Shown here in pieces: positions 9,538-17,947 of a stretch of DNA of 32,000 nucleotides; position 1 is the stretch's first letter, and every line of letters begins with the position of its first letter. The notes beneath the pieces are model-generated. The model was not told the DNA's origin, did no database searches, and was given only the letters and a program-made list of their open reading frames with translations. Made by a program: the position numbers and the translations under genes. The DNA is from Candidatus Iainarchaeum sp. (lineage in GTDB: Archaea; Iainarchaeota; Iainarchaeia; Iainarchaeales; 0-14-0-20-30-16). Location of the stretch: assembly GCA_028710695.1 (NCBI GenBank), contig JAQTTP010000005.1, forward strand, positions 30,981 through 62,980, in the 5' to 3' direction.

Positions 9538-10055
9538 TTAAAAAACCGCCAGTACAGTTTAGCAAGTATCTTGGTAATTCTCCCGCCAGTTAAACTTTTT
9601 TTTGGGTTAGGAAAACTATTCATAAGTTCTTTAGGATTCCACTTAAATTTCCAATCGGCGGGCCCTGCTAAATCCAAGCCCAAATTTCCTTCTTCAATAC
9701 TTAACTTTAAAGAATTATATATTAAATAAGAAAACGCATAATATGGACTTTCAGAGTCTATAGATACTCCTTGTATAACCAAATAACCATCTTTAAATTT
9801 ATAAAGCGCAAAAGAGCAACAATATTTATTATTTATAGTATAAATTCCAAAATATCTTCTTTTAAACGGTAACTTAAAGGGGGGCATTAAAAGTCCTTTT
9901 CTTTTTCTATACTGCCTTAAGTTTTTTTTATGCTCATCAAAAATTATCTCTTTAAAGATCAATCCTTCACGAGTACCACGATTAATTTCATGCCTAATAT
10001 CTTTTGGCAAATTATTTAAATTCAACCAATCTTTTTCTAAAACTAATGTTTTCAT
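9534..10055 (-). CDS. Small FemAB/GNAT-like (Acetyltransf_6-like) acyl/aminoacyl-transferase domain protein, tentative
   Basis: 173 aa. IRHEINRGTREGLIFKEI and ...LAGPADWKFKWNPKE recall FemAB/BioF2-like acetyltransferase domains, but the protein is about half their usual length. SD GGTGAT 3 nt upstream of the ATG. Confidence 0.4.
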   Translation of the reverse strand: MKTLVLEKDWLNLNNLPKDIRHEINRGTREGLIFKEIIFDEHKKNLRQYRKRKGLLMPPFKLPFKRRYFGIYTINNKYCCSFALYKFKDGYLVIQGVSIDSESPYYAFSYLIYNSLKLSIEEGNLGLDLAGPADWKFKWNPKELMNSFPNPKKSLTGGRITKILAKLYWRFFK

Positions 10056-10090
10056 TCCATCACCAATTATGGGGGGTAACCAATTTATTT

Positions 10091-10846
10091 TTAATATCTT
10101 GATTTTTTAAGTACAAAAAACAAGGAATCTGAATTTCCTTGAAAAATCTTTCCCAACATATATAGGCAGTTATAAGTTATTTTAAAGTGCGACAATGCAG
10201 CATGTACCTTTGTATGTGGCACTATAAACCCTATACCTTTATCTTCAACAACTTTAAATCCTGCTGTTTTTGCCAATTGATAAAATGATTTTTTTGTATA
10301 AAAGTGAACGTGGTCTGTATTTTTTAAGATTTTAGGCTGTACTATATTATTCCTGAATTTACATATAAGATTTCCTTCATTTGGTACACCAACTATTAAG
10401 ATGCCTTCTTTTTTCAATAATTTGTTCATAGATTGCAAAAGACCCACATCGTCAGGGATGTGCTCCAACATGTGATGAAGAAGGATTACATCAAAAGACT
10501 CTTTTTGAAAACCCGGGTTAAAAGCATCTCTGTGAAAAAAATCAACATTTTTTACAAGTTTCTTTGCCCTCTTTACTCTTATTGGGTTATAATCAATTCC
10601 GGTTATAATGGCATTATTAATTTTTAATAAATGCTTTGTCATTGCACCGTCGCCACAGCCAATATCAAGTATTTTTATTTTCGACAACCCTTTACAAAAT
10701 CTGTTTATAATACTTAATAAATATTCAACTCTCTTCTCATGATGATGTTTATAATGCCCTTTTTCAAGATATGCGGTTTGATCACCAACATACCATTCAT
10801 TAGAGTCAAGTATTTTTTTTGTCACAATAGTTTTAGTTTTAGCCAT
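10091..10846 (-). CDS. Class I SAM-dependent methyltransferase
   Basis: 251 aa. Motif I ILDIGCGDGAMT, GIDYN, FDVILLHHMLEHI. SD GGTGAT 3 nt upstream of the ATG. Confidence 0.8.
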   Translation of the reverse strand: MAKTKTIVTKKILDSNEWYVGDQTAYLEKGHYKHHHEKRVEYLLSIINRFCKGLSKIKILDIGCGDGAMTKHLLKINNAIITGIDYNPIRVKRAKKLVKNVDFFHRDAFNPGFQKESFDVILLHHMLEHIPDDVGLLQSMNKLLKKEGILIVGVPNEGNLICKFRNNIVQPKILKNTDHVHFYTKKSFYQLAKTAGFKVVEDKGIGFIVPHTKVHAALSHFKITYNCLYMLGKIFQGNSDSLFFVLKKSRY

Positions 10847-10857
10847 AAAATCACCAA

Positions 10858-11934
10858 TTATATATTCTTTTTTATGAGTTCAATCTCATAATTTAATATT
10901 ACATTCATATTATATTTTTTAGTTACAAAAAGTCGCGCATTATTACCACTAGTTTTCCAATTTTCTTTATCCAAAATAAAAAATATGTTTTTTGCCATAG
11001 CTTCACTATTTTTTGGTAAACTTAAAAAAGCAGTTTTTCCCACAATTGTGTTATTATGAAACGGCTCAAGATCAGTAGCAATAATTGGCAAGCCGCAAGC
11101 TTGAGCTTCTATTATCGGAATAGCAAAACCCTCATGTAATGTGGCAGTAATGAAAAATTTGGCTTTATTATAATAATCTGGAAGTTTATTATGTGGTATT
11201 GGCCCAAGATAAATCAATCCTTTTTTTCTAGGAATTTCAATTGGCCCCGCACCGATAATTGCTAATTTAAATAACGGAAATTTTTGTCTAACTATGTCAA
11301 AGGTTTTTACAAGATATTCTATCCCTTTTCGCGGTATTAACGATCCAACATAAATTGCATCATACTCTTTGGTTATTTTTTGTGGCTTAAAGAGCTTACA
11401 ATCAACAAAATTCGGCACCAAATACATATTTTTCCACTTTAGCTCATCGATATACATTTTGTCAATCACAAAAGTCAAACTTACGGCATACTTTGTTATA
11501 AACTCACAGAATCTAAATAAAATCTTGTGGAAGACACCATAGTTATAAGTTTTTGCAAGACCCCTATAAGTACCATGTATTGAACAGACAAAAGGGATTC
11601 TTCTAATCTTTGAGACCAGACCTAACAATGCAGATTTAACAAAAGTAGAACCTTCAAGTGCTCTGGTAAAATTTATTTTATATTTTTTACACAATTTAAA
11701 AGTGTAGTAAGCTTGTTTTAAGAGGCTAATTAGTTTAATTTTTGAAGCGGCCACATTAATTATTTTTATATTTGGATATGAAAAAGTTACAGATCCCTTA
11801 TCCACATTTAAAATATAAACGGGCCCTAAATTATCAGCATAATATCTAAATCTGTCCATAAATTGGTCTAGATTTCCTTGTTTTACATATATACTTAGAG
11901 GGTCATTTGGTAATACTAAACAATTATATTTCAT
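10858..11934 (-). CDS. Glycosyltransferase, GT4 family (GT-B fold)
   Basis: C-terminal EGFAIPIIEAQACGLPIIATD (E-x7-E type) motif. The track start at 11946 is TTG. The ATG at 11934 forms an ATGA overlap with the upstream stop and follows GGTGAagaa. Confidence 0.8.
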   Translation of the reverse strand: MKYNCLVLPNDPLSIYVKQGNLDQFMDRFRYYADNLGPVYILNVDKGSVTFSYPNIKIINVAASKIKLISLLKQAYYTFKLCKKYKINFTRALEGSTFVKSALLGLVSKIRRIPFVCSIHGTYRGLAKTYNYGVFHKILFRFCEFITKYAVSLTFVIDKMYIDELKWKNMYLVPNFVDCKLFKPQKITKEYDAIYVGSLIPRKGIEYLVKTFDIVRQKFPLFKLAIIGAGPIEIPRKKGLIYLGPIPHNKLPDYYNKAKFFITATLHEGFAIPIIEAQACGLPIIATDLEPFHNNTIVGKTAFLSLPKNSEAMAKNIFFILDKENWKTSGNNARLFVTKKYNMNVILNYEIELIKKNI

Positions 11935-12809
11935 TTCTTCACCCAAGATTTTGCAACTTCTTCACAAGTTTTAACTTTAATTTTATTCTCACACAAAAAC
12001 TCTAAACTATCCTCAAAGCTTTTACAATTTGCTACGTCTGCAGGATCAAAATAAAAGGTTCCTACTGCATTGTGCTTTTTTATTATTTTGACGGCTTTCT
12101 TGAAAACATCCACAAAATCTCCTGATTTTGCATGCGCAGGAGGATTTGAACGAAAACAATGCCAACTGTCAAAGAGAGGAAAGTAATGTTCTGGACAAAC
12201 CATAAGGGGTAATTCTAAAACAGAGTAATTTTGATTACTAGACTCTAAAAAATTTGTTTTTGACGGATAATATGGCAAACCATATGATTTTGTTCTAGTT
12301 AACATCGTTGAACTTGAATATAAATATCCCAATTCTTCTAATAAAGGGTATACAAACTGTCCATGCAAATTACCTAAATGAGGGGTTCTAAATCCAACAG
12401 GCTTGTAATCAAAATACTTTTTGCATAATTCTTCAAATTTCACTATTTCTCTATTTTGTTCTTTTTGAGTTATTTTATTAAAAAAATTATTGTTGAATAC
12501 GGAATTAGGATGTGAATAAGTATGATTTATTATTTCGTGACCATCATCAAGAATTTTTCGATGAATTCGCGGATATTTTTCAATCCATTTACCTATGCAG
12601 GCAAAAGAACTTTTTATGTTATAGGAATTAAGCAATTCTAACAAATTAGGTAAGACACCCATATCTGGGGGCATATCACAATCAAAACTTATACTAAAAA
12701 TGCTTTCTTTTAATTTGCTTTGATTTTTTGAAAAATAATTGTTAAGCATAATAGGAGATATTGGTTTAATGACTTTACGAGCAAATTTTCTCAAAAGATT
12801 TATCTGCAT
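11931..12809 (-). CDS. Polysaccharide deacetylase (NodB homology / CE4 family)
   Basis: 292 aa. SFDCDMPPD (TFDDG-like motif 1) and GHEIINHTYSHP (H-x3-H motif 2). SD GTGAT 3 nt upstream of the ATG. Confidence 0.7.
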   Translation of the reverse strand: MQINLLRKFARKVIKPISPIMLNNYFSKNQSKLKESIFSISFDCDMPPDMGVLPNLLELLNSYNIKSSFACIGKWIEKYPRIHRKILDDGHEIINHTYSHPNSVFNNNFFNKITQKEQNREIVKFEELCKKYFDYKPVGFRTPHLGNLHGQFVYPLLEELGYLYSSSTMLTRTKSYGLPYYPSKTNFLESSNQNYSVLELPLMVCPEHYFPLFDSWHCFRSNPPAHAKSGDFVDVFKKAVKIIKKHNAVGTFYFDPADVANCKSFEDSLEFLCENKIKVKTCEEVAKSWVKK

Positions 12810-12883
12810 AATATCACAATCTCAAACATTTACTATATATAAATATAATGTATATATTATTTATATCTTATTGGTGAGATTCC

Positions 12884-14062
12884 ATGGCTTTAAAAGAAGG
12901 ATTTAAAACTAATTTGGTACAGGTTCACCCCGGAATTGTTTACATTTGTGTTTATGGGGCATATAATCCTGAACAGCCACGCATATCAAAACTCGCGGCA
13001 TCATTAGTTAAATCAAATTATAAAATAAAATGGGTTGTTTGTTCAGGCAAAGGAGAAAACATTATCGAAACAAAAGCAAAATCAAAGATCGATTATCTAA
13101 TTAAAGCCACTAAATATTTAAGAAAAACTCTTAAACCACAAGATCTTGTTCTTTGTTATGTACATATTGGTGGAATAGTCGGCTTTTTTTCAACGCTTGG
13201 CAAAAAAACAAAATTTATTTATGATTATCCAGACCCATGGGTTGGATGGTATTACTATAAAACAAAAAATGATAACTTAAATTGGAAGATTGGCAGAATA
13301 TTATTTTTCTGGTTAGAAAAATTGTTGTACAAAAGCGCAGCATATGTTACCACTGCGAGCTTTTCACAATTAGAGTTTTTGCAAAAACAACATGGCAAAA
13401 AAGAAAATTCTGCAGTAATATTAAATTGCCCAGATATTAATATATTTAATAAAAACAATAAAGACGGGGGATTAATTACTAAATTAGGATTAAATAACAA
13501 AACTATTTTAATATATTTGGGGACCATATTAGAAGAATATGGCTGTGATATTTTATTAGATGCATTTTCAGAAATTTATAAAAAAGATCCAAACACACAG
13601 TTATTATTTTTAGGAAAAGCAAAATCACCACAATTTCAAAAAGAATTAGAAAAAAAAGTTTTAAGTTATAAAATAACTAAGGCCGTTACATTTTTACCAC
13701 CTGTGTCAAAAATACAAGTTCCGCAATATTTGAATATTGCAAAAATTGGTTTTGTTCCGTTTAAAAATAGGTTTTATAATAATGTTGGCAGCCCAAACAA
13801 ACTTTTCGAATATCTGGCTTGCGGAGTTGTACCTATTGTTTCGGATATGACTGAATTTAAACACTATATTATCGACAAAAAAAATGGTTTTTTAGTTCAA
13901 CCAGAAAATGTTAAAGAATTAGTCAATAAAACTATCGAAATATTAAACAAAGATTCTGTGAAGGAAATTGTGCACCTAAATGAGAAGTTGGTAAAGGAAA
14001 AATATAACTGGGATTTACAAGAAAAACAATTTTTAAAGATAATAAAAAAAGTAAGCAAATAA
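12884..14062 (+). CDS. Glycosyltransferase, GT4 family
   Basis: 392 aa. GSPNKLFEYLACGVVPIVSD C-terminal GT-B motif. SD attGGTGAgattccATG. The only complete plus-strand gene in the window. Confidence 0.75.
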   Translation: MALKEGFKTNLVQVHPGIVYICVYGAYNPEQPRISKLAASLVKSNYKIKWVVCSGKGENIIETKAKSKIDYLIKATKYLRKTLKPQDLVLCYVHIGGIVGFFSTLGKKTKFIYDYPDPWVGWYYYKTKNDNLNWKIGRILFFWLEKLLYKSAAYVTTASFSQLEFLQKQHGKKENSAVILNCPDINIFNKNNKDGGLITKLGLNNKTILIYLGTILEEYGCDILLDAFSEIYKKDPNTQLLFLGKAKSPQFQKELEKKVLSYKITKAVTFLPPVSKIQVPQYLNIAKIGFVPFKNRFYNNVGSPNKLFEYLACGVVPIVSDMTEFKHYIIDKKNGFLVQPENVKELVNKTIEILNKDSVKEIVHLNEKLVKEKYNWDLQEKQFLKIIKKVSK

Positions 14063-14070
14063 AAAACAGC

Positions 14071-15201
14071 TTATTTCTTGCCCAATTTAGAAATACCAGA
14101 TTTTAAAATTAGATTGTATTCTTTTATGAAATCTTTTATAACTATATTCCAATCAAAATCTTTTGCTTTTATTTTTGCAGATACTGCTAATTTTTCACAA
14201 CTCTTAAAATTGTTACAGACATAAACCATTTTTTTATACAAATCATCACTGTTACCCATTTTAACTTTTAAACCGGTTTTTTCATTTTCTACATAGGGTA
14301 AACTAGTTATTATTATTTTTCCTGCAGCCATTGCTTCTAATAATGCAACTGGTTGCCCAGTTTCAAAGGATGGCAGAACAAATACATCATTGTTCATTAA
14401 AAAGGAGGGCATATCTTTAACCCACCCAAAAAAGGCCACATTTTTAGTTTTATTAACAACAACAAACTTTTCTAATTCGCTTTTCAATAAACCATCGCCG
14501 CCAATATTTAATTTAACATTATATTCTTTTGATAATTTGGTATATGCTTCAAAAAGAATTCTAAGCCCTTTTACTTCTTCAAGCCTACCCATAAAAACAA
14601 ACCTAATTTCTTTCCACGTTTTATTAGTTTTATTAAAATCACCTAAATCTATAGCATTAGTCATAAGCTTATTATTTAATTTTGGATATTTTTGCAGCAT
14701 TTCAGTCCTAGAAATTGGACTTACAAATAAAACTTTGGACGCCCTTTTTATGGCGAAATCATTTAAAAAATATAAAAACTTTTTTATTGGAAAAAACCAA
14801 CCTCTCGGCAACCCATGTGGAGTATAGACTAAGGGGACATTAAATTTATTTTTTAACAAAGCACCAAAAAAGCCACCTACTTGTCCATGCGCATGAATAA
14901 GATCTATTTTTTCTGCCTTTATTATTTCTTTAGCCTTAAAATATGCTAAAAAGTTAAATGATAGGTTTCTTAAAAAAGTATTATTAATAAATGGAACACG
15001 CCAAACTTTTATTTTTCCTGTTGTTTCATACTTACTTTGATTAGGAAATAGTCGAGTAATTATAAATATATTCTGGTTATTTTTTGCAAGAAATCTACTA
15101 AGTTTATCAACATGAATTTCTATTCCGCCAGATGGTTTTTTCTCAAAACCAGCTCCAGAATGAAAAGGCCATTCTTTTGATCCAATTAAAAGTATTCGCA
15201 T
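14071..15201 (-). CDS. Glycosyltransferase, GT4 family
   Basis: 376 aa. SFETGQPVALLEAMAAGKIIITS motif. SD GGGTGAataaATG overlaps the upstream stop. Confidence 0.8.
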   Translation of the reverse strand: MRILLIGSKEWPFHSGAGFEKKPSGGIEIHVDKLSRFLAKNNQNIFIITRLFPNQSKYETTGKIKVWRVPFINNTFLRNLSFNFLAYFKAKEIIKAEKIDLIHAHGQVGGFFGALLKNKFNVPLVYTPHGLPRGWFFPIKKFLYFLNDFAIKRASKVLFVSPISRTEMLQKYPKLNNKLMTNAIDLGDFNKTNKTWKEIRFVFMGRLEEVKGLRILFEAYTKLSKEYNVKLNIGGDGLLKSELEKFVVVNKTKNVAFFGWVKDMPSFLMNNDVFVLPSFETGQPVALLEAMAAGKIIITSLPYVENEKTGLKVKMGNSDDLYKKMVYVCNNFKSCEKLAVSAKIKAKDFDWNIVIKDFIKEYNLILKSGISKLGKK

Positions 15202-16311
15202 TTATTCACCCAACCTTTTTATAGTACTAACAACTTTAATTAAATCTTCTTTCTTTAATAAAGGATGAACCGGCAGACTTACAACTTCTTTTGCAAGTTT
15301 TTCTGAAACGGGGAAATCTCCTTCTTTATAACCCAATTTTTGGAATTGAGGATGTAAATGTAATGGTTTAGGATAATAAATTCCAGGGAATATTTCTTGT
15401 TCTTTTAATTTTGCAACAAAGGTATCCCTATTCATTGGAAATTCACTAGTTATTCTAATTGTAAACTGATGCCAACAAGGCTCATGGCCTTCCTCAACAA
15501 CAGGCAATATTAGCCCCTTTATACCCTTCAAATTTTTCAACAGGTATTTTGCATTTTTTTGCCTCTTCTGTGTAAATTTGTCCAACCTATCTAACTGAAC
15601 TAAAGCAATACTTGCTAAAACATCAGTTAATCTATAATTATACCCTAAATCTACATATGCATAATCACCAGATTGTTGCATCCCATGCTGTCTAAATCTT
15701 TTTGCCCGTTCCATAACCTCTTCCGAATTTGTTGTTAACAACCCACCTTCTCCAGACATCATATTCTTAGTCGCATATAAACTAAATGCGCCTGCATTAC
15801 CTAAATTACCTGCAAATTTGTCTTTGTATTTAGCATTATGTGATTGACAAGCATCTTCCAAAACTACAAGATTATGTTTCTTTGCAATTGCATTAATTAA
15901 ATCCATATCACAACACAAGCCATAAAGATGTATTGGCAAAATTGCTTTTGTTTTTGAAGTTATTTTTTCTTCTATTTTTGTAGGGTCAATGTTAAATGTT
16001 TTCTCGTCAACATCTACAAAAATTGGTTTAGCACCAAGCATAATTGCAGGATTTGCGCTAGCAACAAATGTAAATGGCGTTGTGATTACTTCATCGCCTG
16101 ATCCTATTCCCAAGCCATAAAGCCCAGCATGTAAAGCAGCAGTTCCAGAATTTAAAGCCACACAATATTTTGTGCCTACTTTTTCAGCAAATCTTTTTTC
16201 CAACTCTGCAACTTTTGGGCCTTGTGCAAGCATTCCTGATTTTAATACTTCCATTACTGCTTTTCTTTCTTTTACATCCAAATATGGTTTTGAAACCGTT
16301 ATTTTACTCAT
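15202..16311 (-). CDS. DegT-family UDP-sugar aminotransferase (WbpE-like)
   Basis: 369 aa. KPYLDVKERKAVMEVLKSGMLAQGPKVAELEKRF N-terminus, LNSGTAALH, EDACQSH, and SLYATKNM with the candidate PLP lysine. Sits in wbpB-wbpD-wbpE-like order. Confidence 0.85.
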   Translation of the reverse strand: MSKITVSKPYLDVKERKAVMEVLKSGMLAQGPKVAELEKRFAEKVGTKYCVALNSGTAALHAGLYGLGIGSGDEVITTPFTFVASANPAIMLGAKPIFVDVDEKTFNIDPTKIEEKITSKTKAILPIHLYGLCCDMDLINAIAKKHNLVVLEDACQSHNAKYKDKFAGNLGNAGAFSLYATKNMMSGEGGLLTTNSEEVMERAKRFRQHGMQQSGDYAYVDLGYNYRLTDVLASIALVQLDRLDKFTQKRQKNAKYLLKNLKGIKGLILPVVEEGHEPCWHQFTIRITSEFPMNRDTFVAKLKEQEIFPGIYYPKPLHLHPQFQKLGYKEGDFPVSEKLAKEVVSLPVHPLLKKEDLIKVVSTIKRLGE

Positions 16312-16324
16312 ATATTATCACTCA

Positions 16325-16819
16325 CTATTTACCAATTGGAAAACCATTTTTTCCTACTTTCTTAACTACTTTTGCGGGATTTCCAACAACCAAAGAGTAT
16401 GGGGGTACATCTTTTGTTACTACTGCGCCAGCACCAATAACACTATATTCTCCTAAAGTTATGCCACAAACAATTACTGCGCCAGCACCAATTGACACCC
16501 CGTCTTTAACTTCTGTTTTTGTTAATTTATCATCATTCCAGATCTCTGCCCGAGGATACAAATCATTTGTAAAAGTAGCATTTGGGCCGACAAAAACATT
16601 ATTCCCAATTGTAACTCCATGATAAACATTTACATTGTTTTGGAATTTACAGCCATTTCCTATTTTAACCCCAGAATCAACGTACACACAATGTCCAAAA
16701 ATACAATTCTCACCAATTTCTGTGTTTTTACATATATGAACAAAATGCCATATTTTTGTTCCTTTTCCTATTTTTGCGCCATCATCACATACTGCAGTAG
16801 GATGTATAAAATAATCCAT
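16325..16819 (-). CDS. Left-handed beta-helix N-acetyltransferase (WbpD/WlbB-like)
   Basis: Hexapeptide repeats. KFQNNVNVYHGVTIGNNVFVGPNATFTNDLYPRAE closely recalls WbpD-type UDP-2-acetamido-3-amino-2,3-dideoxy-glucuronate N-acetyltransferases. The track start at 16828 is GTG. I prefer the ATG at 16819 after aaGTGATgtttATG. Confidence 0.8.
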   Translation of the reverse strand: MDYFIHPTAVCDDGAKIGKGTKIWHFVHICKNTEIGENCIFGHCVYVDSGVKIGNGCKFQNNVNVYHGVTIGNNVFVGPNATFTNDLYPRAEIWNDDKLTKTEVKDGVSIGAGAVIVCGITLGEYSVIGAGAVVTKDVPPYSLVVGNPAKVVKKVGKNGFPIGK

Positions 16820-16824
16820 AAACA

Positions 16825-17814
16825 TCACTTAAAATTCTTTTTCAAACTCTCCAAAAGTATTATCCCATTCAAAGCATCATCTATGCTAACATATGGTTCT
16901 TCTGTGCCCGCAATACAACTTAAAAAGTTTTCAATTTCCATTAAAAGCGGTTCTTTCTTTTCAACAAGTATTTTTCTTTCTTCACCAACAGTAACGCCAG
17001 TTAATATTTGCTGATATTCTATATTCTCTTTATGTTTCCCATTTTCATAAAAGGTAATTTCCTGGGTAATATAATCTAGGCTCAACAGCCCTTTTTTTCC
17101 GCAAATATATAATTTTCTTATTTTTGTGGGAGATAAAATATCTGTAGATAAATTTATTACAATATTTTCTTTTGTCTTCATTAAAACTCTTATAATATCT
17201 GGATCTTTTTTATTTATGAAATTGTGTGTTTGTAAACAAGCATAACTTACACAATCACCCATTTTACCAAGTAAGTAATTTATTATTTCTAAATCGTGTA
17301 TTCCTAAGTCTGTTAGAACATCTACATCTACTACACCTGGTGGATATGGCCCTTGCCTCAAGATATTAATATAAAAAATTTTTCCTAACTCCCCCCTAAA
17401 AACAAGATCTATTACTTTTCTTACTGCTGGATTATATCTTTCAATCTGACCAACAACACAAGTAACTCCTGCTTTTTTAATAATATCTTTAATTTCTTCA
17501 GCTTCTTTAACAGATGGTGCTGCCGGTTTTTCTAGTAAAATATTAATTTTCTTTTGAGCCACCTTTTCCACTATTGCCTTATGCAACATAGTAGGAACAC
17601 ATATTGACACCCCATCTAACTGTTCGTTATTCAACATTTCATCCAAATCATAATACGCCTTACATTTGTATTTTTCCGAGAACTCATCACATTTTTTCTT
17701 ATTAGAATCACATATTGCAACTAGTTCAACATCTGGCCTTTCAAAATAAATTCTTGCATGGTTTTTTCCCATATTTCCAACACCAATTACTGCAATTTTT
17801 GGCACATTACTCAT
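16825..17814 (-). CDS. Gfo/Idh/MocA-family NAD-dependent oxidoreductase (WbpB-like)
   Basis: 329 aa. N-terminal KIAVIGVGNMGKNHARIY Rossmann motif and EKPAAPS motif. First gene of the operon. SD gtaGGTGAttttATG. Confidence 0.78.
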   Translation of the reverse strand: MSNVPKIAVIGVGNMGKNHARIYFERPDVELVAICDSNKKKCDEFSEKYKCKAYYDLDEMLNNEQLDGVSICVPTMLHKAIVEKVAQKKINILLEKPAAPSVKEAEEIKDIIKKAGVTCVVGQIERYNPAVRKVIDLVFRGELGKIFYINILRQGPYPPGVVDVDVLTDLGIHDLEIINYLLGKMGDCVSYACLQTHNFINKKDPDIIRVLMKTKENIVINLSTDILSPTKIRKLYICGKKGLLSLDYITQEITFYENGKHKENIEYQQILTGVTVGEERKILVEKKEPLLMEIENFLSCIAGTEEPYVSIDDALNGIILLESLKKNFK

Positions 17815-17927
17815 AAAATCACCTACGTCAATTAAAAATATTAAAAAAATAGAAAGTGCTAAATCTTTGTTCGTGTAAAAAGCTCTCCGCTAAAAGACAG
17901 CCAATTAATATAACTAATAACCATTTT

Positions 17928-17947
17928 GTTTATAAAGGTTACTTTTT
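17928..17947 (-). promoter_or_regulatory. BRE/TATA-like promoter element upstream of the wbpB-like operon
   Basis: 20-mer identical to 23921-23940. It overlaps the stop codon of the GTPase gene and lies ~115 nt upstream of the ATG at 17814. Confidence 0.4.

Noticed and set aside
9534-10055. Treating the 173 aa FemAB-like ORF as a pseudogene fragment.
   Set aside because: It has an intact frame, a strong SD and an ATGA coupling to the next gene, with no adjacent remnant of an N-terminal half. I kept it as a CDS with low functional confidence.
12810-14070. The strand switch at the plus-strand GT4 gene as a sign of an inserted mobile element.
   Set aside because: I saw no transposase, integrase, terminal inverted repeats or direct repeats. 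The AT-rich 12810-12883 gap looks like an ordinary divergent promoter, and the gene's composition matches its neighbours.
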